A stretch of 32,000 bases of DNA from Phycisphaera mikurensis NBRC 102666. Its GTDB lineage: Bacteria; Planctomycetota; Phycisphaerae; Phycisphaerales; Phycisphaeraceae. A program made the position numbers and the translations under genes. Shown here piece by piece: positions 28,657-32,000 of the stretch. Numbering within the stretch: position 1 is the first letter of the stretch; every line of letters starts with the position of its first letter. Under the pieces are notes generated by a model. The model did not search any database. It worked only from the letters and a program-made list of their open reading frames with translations, and was not told the DNA's origin. The DNA is taken from positions 2,610,001 to 2,642,000 of the forward strand of contig NC_017080.1 in the NCBI RefSeq assembly GCF_000284115.1, in the 5' to 3' direction.

Positions 28657-28949
28657 GGCCCGAGCGTACGGAGCCGCGGATGGCGGGCTCCGGAGCGGCG
28701 AAACCCCGGCGGTCCGCGGATCCGGGCAGAGCCGGGGGCTCGCTGGATCTTGCCGCGACCCCAAGCGGCCTCCGCAACGTTTACAGTCCCCGCCCCGTCC
28801 GCCGAAGCGGGCGGGGCTTTCTGGCCGATGGTGCCTCCGGGCCCCGCTCCGGAGAGCTTTCCGGGCAACGCGCCACCCGCCGGCCCCCGCCGGTCCTCAC
28901 GACGGCCCAGCCGCGGCCCGACCCGATTTCCTCCCCGCCGGAGCGACTC

Positions 28950-30452
28950 TTGACTTCTCCCGATCGTCCGCGCGTCACCGCCGCCGCCCCCTCCCGCACC
29001 GCCACGCGCCTCGCGCTGACCCTGGCCGCCGGCTCCGCTGCGCTGCTGGCGGGTTGTGAGGCCGACTCCTACCTGGACCCGTCGGTGGTTGGACGCTGGG
29101 AGCCGACGCCGGTGACGATGCCGATCCTCTCGGAGCTGGACGTCATCGACACCGGCGACGACACGCTGCTGCCGGTGACGCCGGTGCGCCCGGCCGACCT
29201 CGAGCCGGACGTGCAGGAGTACACGCTGGGCTCGAGCGACGTGATCACCGTGACCATCTACGAGCTCATCGAGCCGGGGCGGGACTCGGTCTACACCCGC
29301 TCCATCGACGAGACCGGCTCAATCCGGCTGCCGATCGTCGGGACCGTGCGGGCCTCGGGCAGCTCGCCCTCGCAGCTGGAGAGCGCCGTCACGACGACGC
29401 TCGAACGCAAGGGCATCCTCCGCGACGCCCAGGTGAGCGTCGTCGTGAACCAGAGCGGCCAGAACCTGTTCCACATGGTCGGCACGCCGGGCATCGGGAA
29501 CACCCGCTTCGGCACCTACGCGATCCCCCAGCCGGACTACCGCCTGCTGGAGGCCGTCGCGGCCGCCGGCGGCGTGACCGACCGCACGAAGCACGTCTAC
29601 ATCATCCGCCAGACCGCGCTCACCCCCGGCGTGGCGGGCACGGGCGCCGTGGAAGATCCCGCCTCGGTCACCGCCCCGGCGACCAGCGACCCCGAGAGCC
29701 TTCTCGACGACCTGCTGCAGGGCGGCGAGGCTCCCGCGCCCGCCGAGGCCCCGCCCGCCGACGGCCGCCCGGCCCCGCCGGCGGGCATCGACGCCGGCCT
29801 CGGCGGCGACGGCGGCAGCCCGCAGTACGTCTACGTGGATGGTCAGTGGGTGGCCGCGGGGGCGGTCGGCCCCGACGGCCGCGTCGCCAATGCGCTCGCG
29901 GGCGAGACGCCGGAGGTCTCCGAGGAGCTCGAGGCGGAGCTGGGCCGGATGATCACCCAGCGGATCATCGAGGTCCCCTACGAGCGTCTGCTCGACGGCG
30001 ACACCCGCTTCAACGTGGTCGTGCGCCCTGGCGACATCATCCGCGTCCCCAACGAGAACGCCGGCTTCTGCTACTTCACCGGGCAGATCGCACGCGGTGG
30101 CGCGTACAACGTCCCCGGCGAGAACCGCCTGACGCTCAAGCAGGGCATCGCCGCCGCCGGCGGCCTGGGCCCGCTGGCCAACCCCAAGCGGGTGGACCTG
30201 GTGCGGCGGATCGGCGACGACACGGAGGCCACCATCCGCCTCGACGTCAAGGCCATCTACGACGCGACGCAGCCGGACATCTACCTGAAGGTCGAGGATC
30301 AGATCAACATCGGCACCTCCTTCTGGGCGGTCCCCCTGGCGATCGTCCGCAACGGCCTCCGCCTGACGTACGGCTTCGGCTTCATCGCGGACCGCAACTT
30401 CGGCAACGACATCTTCGGGGCTCCGCCCCGCGACGACGGCTTCCGCCGCTGA
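28950..30452 (+). CDS. Wza-like polysaccharide export lipoprotein (Poly_export + SLBB-like)
   Basis: Lipobox-like LALTLAAGSAALLAGCEAD; YTLGSSDVITVTIYELIEPGRDSVYTRSIDETGSIRLPIVGTVRASGSSPSQLESAV; AQVSVVVNQSGQNLFHMVGTPGIGNTRFGTYAIPQPDYRLLEAVAAAGG; VRPGDIIRVPNENAGFCYFTGQIARGGAYNVPGENRLTLKQGIAAAGGL. TTG at 28950 is the likely start. Confidence 0.85.
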   Translation: MTSPDRPRVTAAAPSRTATRLALTLAAGSAALLAGCEADSYLDPSVVGRWEPTPVTMPILSELDVIDTGDDTLLPVTPVRPADLEPDVQEYTLGSSDVITVTIYELIEPGRDSVYTRSIDETGSIRLPIVGTVRASGSSPSQLESAVTTTLERKGILRDAQVSVVVNQSGQNLFHMVGTPGIGNTRFGTYAIPQPDYRLLEAVAAAGGVTDRTKHVYIIRQTALTPGVAGTGAVEDPASVTAPATSDPESLLDDLLQGGEAPAPAEAPPADGRPAPPAGIDAGLGGDGGSPQYVYVDGQWVAAGAVGPDGRVANALAGETPEVSEELEAELGRMITQRIIEVPYERLLDGDTRFNVVVRPGDIIRVPNENAGFCYFTGQIARGGAYNVPGENRLTLKQGIAAAGGLGPLANPKRVDLVRRIGDDTEATIRLDVKAIYDATQPDIYLKVEDQINIGTSFWAVPLAIVRNGLRLTYGFGFIADRNFGNDIFGAPPRDDGFRR

Positions 30453-30542
30453 CCGCGGCGGCGGCGCCCGAGCGGGCGTCACCGCCGGCGGATCCCCAAC
30501 CGCGGCCGCAACGGGCCCGTGACCCCGGTCGCGGGCCCGTGA

Positions 30543-32000
<1,458 letters not shown>

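Overview
This is a high-GC bacterial window. The gene content fits a planctomycete of the Phycisphaera type, but that is an inference and no database was consulted. Most of it is well-packed chromosomal housekeeping: a two-component pair, guaA, hisC-hisB, a DegT-family aminotransferase, a DUF481-like beta-barrel, a very large fliD, a uracil-DNA-glycosylase-like protein, a GH86-like (clan GH-A) glycoside hydrolase, aspS, asnB, an EEP-fold hydrolase, fusA, a GNAT protein, sucC, gpsA, a Wza-like export lipoprotein, and the start of an exosortase that the ORF track does not list. Many long ORFs in the track are GC-driven shadow frames. The main items worth follow-up are: (1) a microbial rhodopsin at 21982-22929 that looks related to KR2/chloride-pump rhodopsins, with an intact Schiff-base lysine but an atypical N-T-T triad; (2) a 136-bp palindromic element (23150-23285) with perfect 17-bp terminal inverted repeats and a diverged second copy at the left window edge; (3) an octamer-repeat family (CGCTTCTT/CGCTTCCC, reverse complement AAGAAGCG/GGGAAGCG) located at two convergent gene junctions, plus three ~140-bp tandem units at one of them; (4) an expanded FliD with about six hook-IN-like repeats; and (5) a Wza-like/exosortase pair at the right edge. 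I found no CRISPR array, rRNA, convincing tRNA or transposase.
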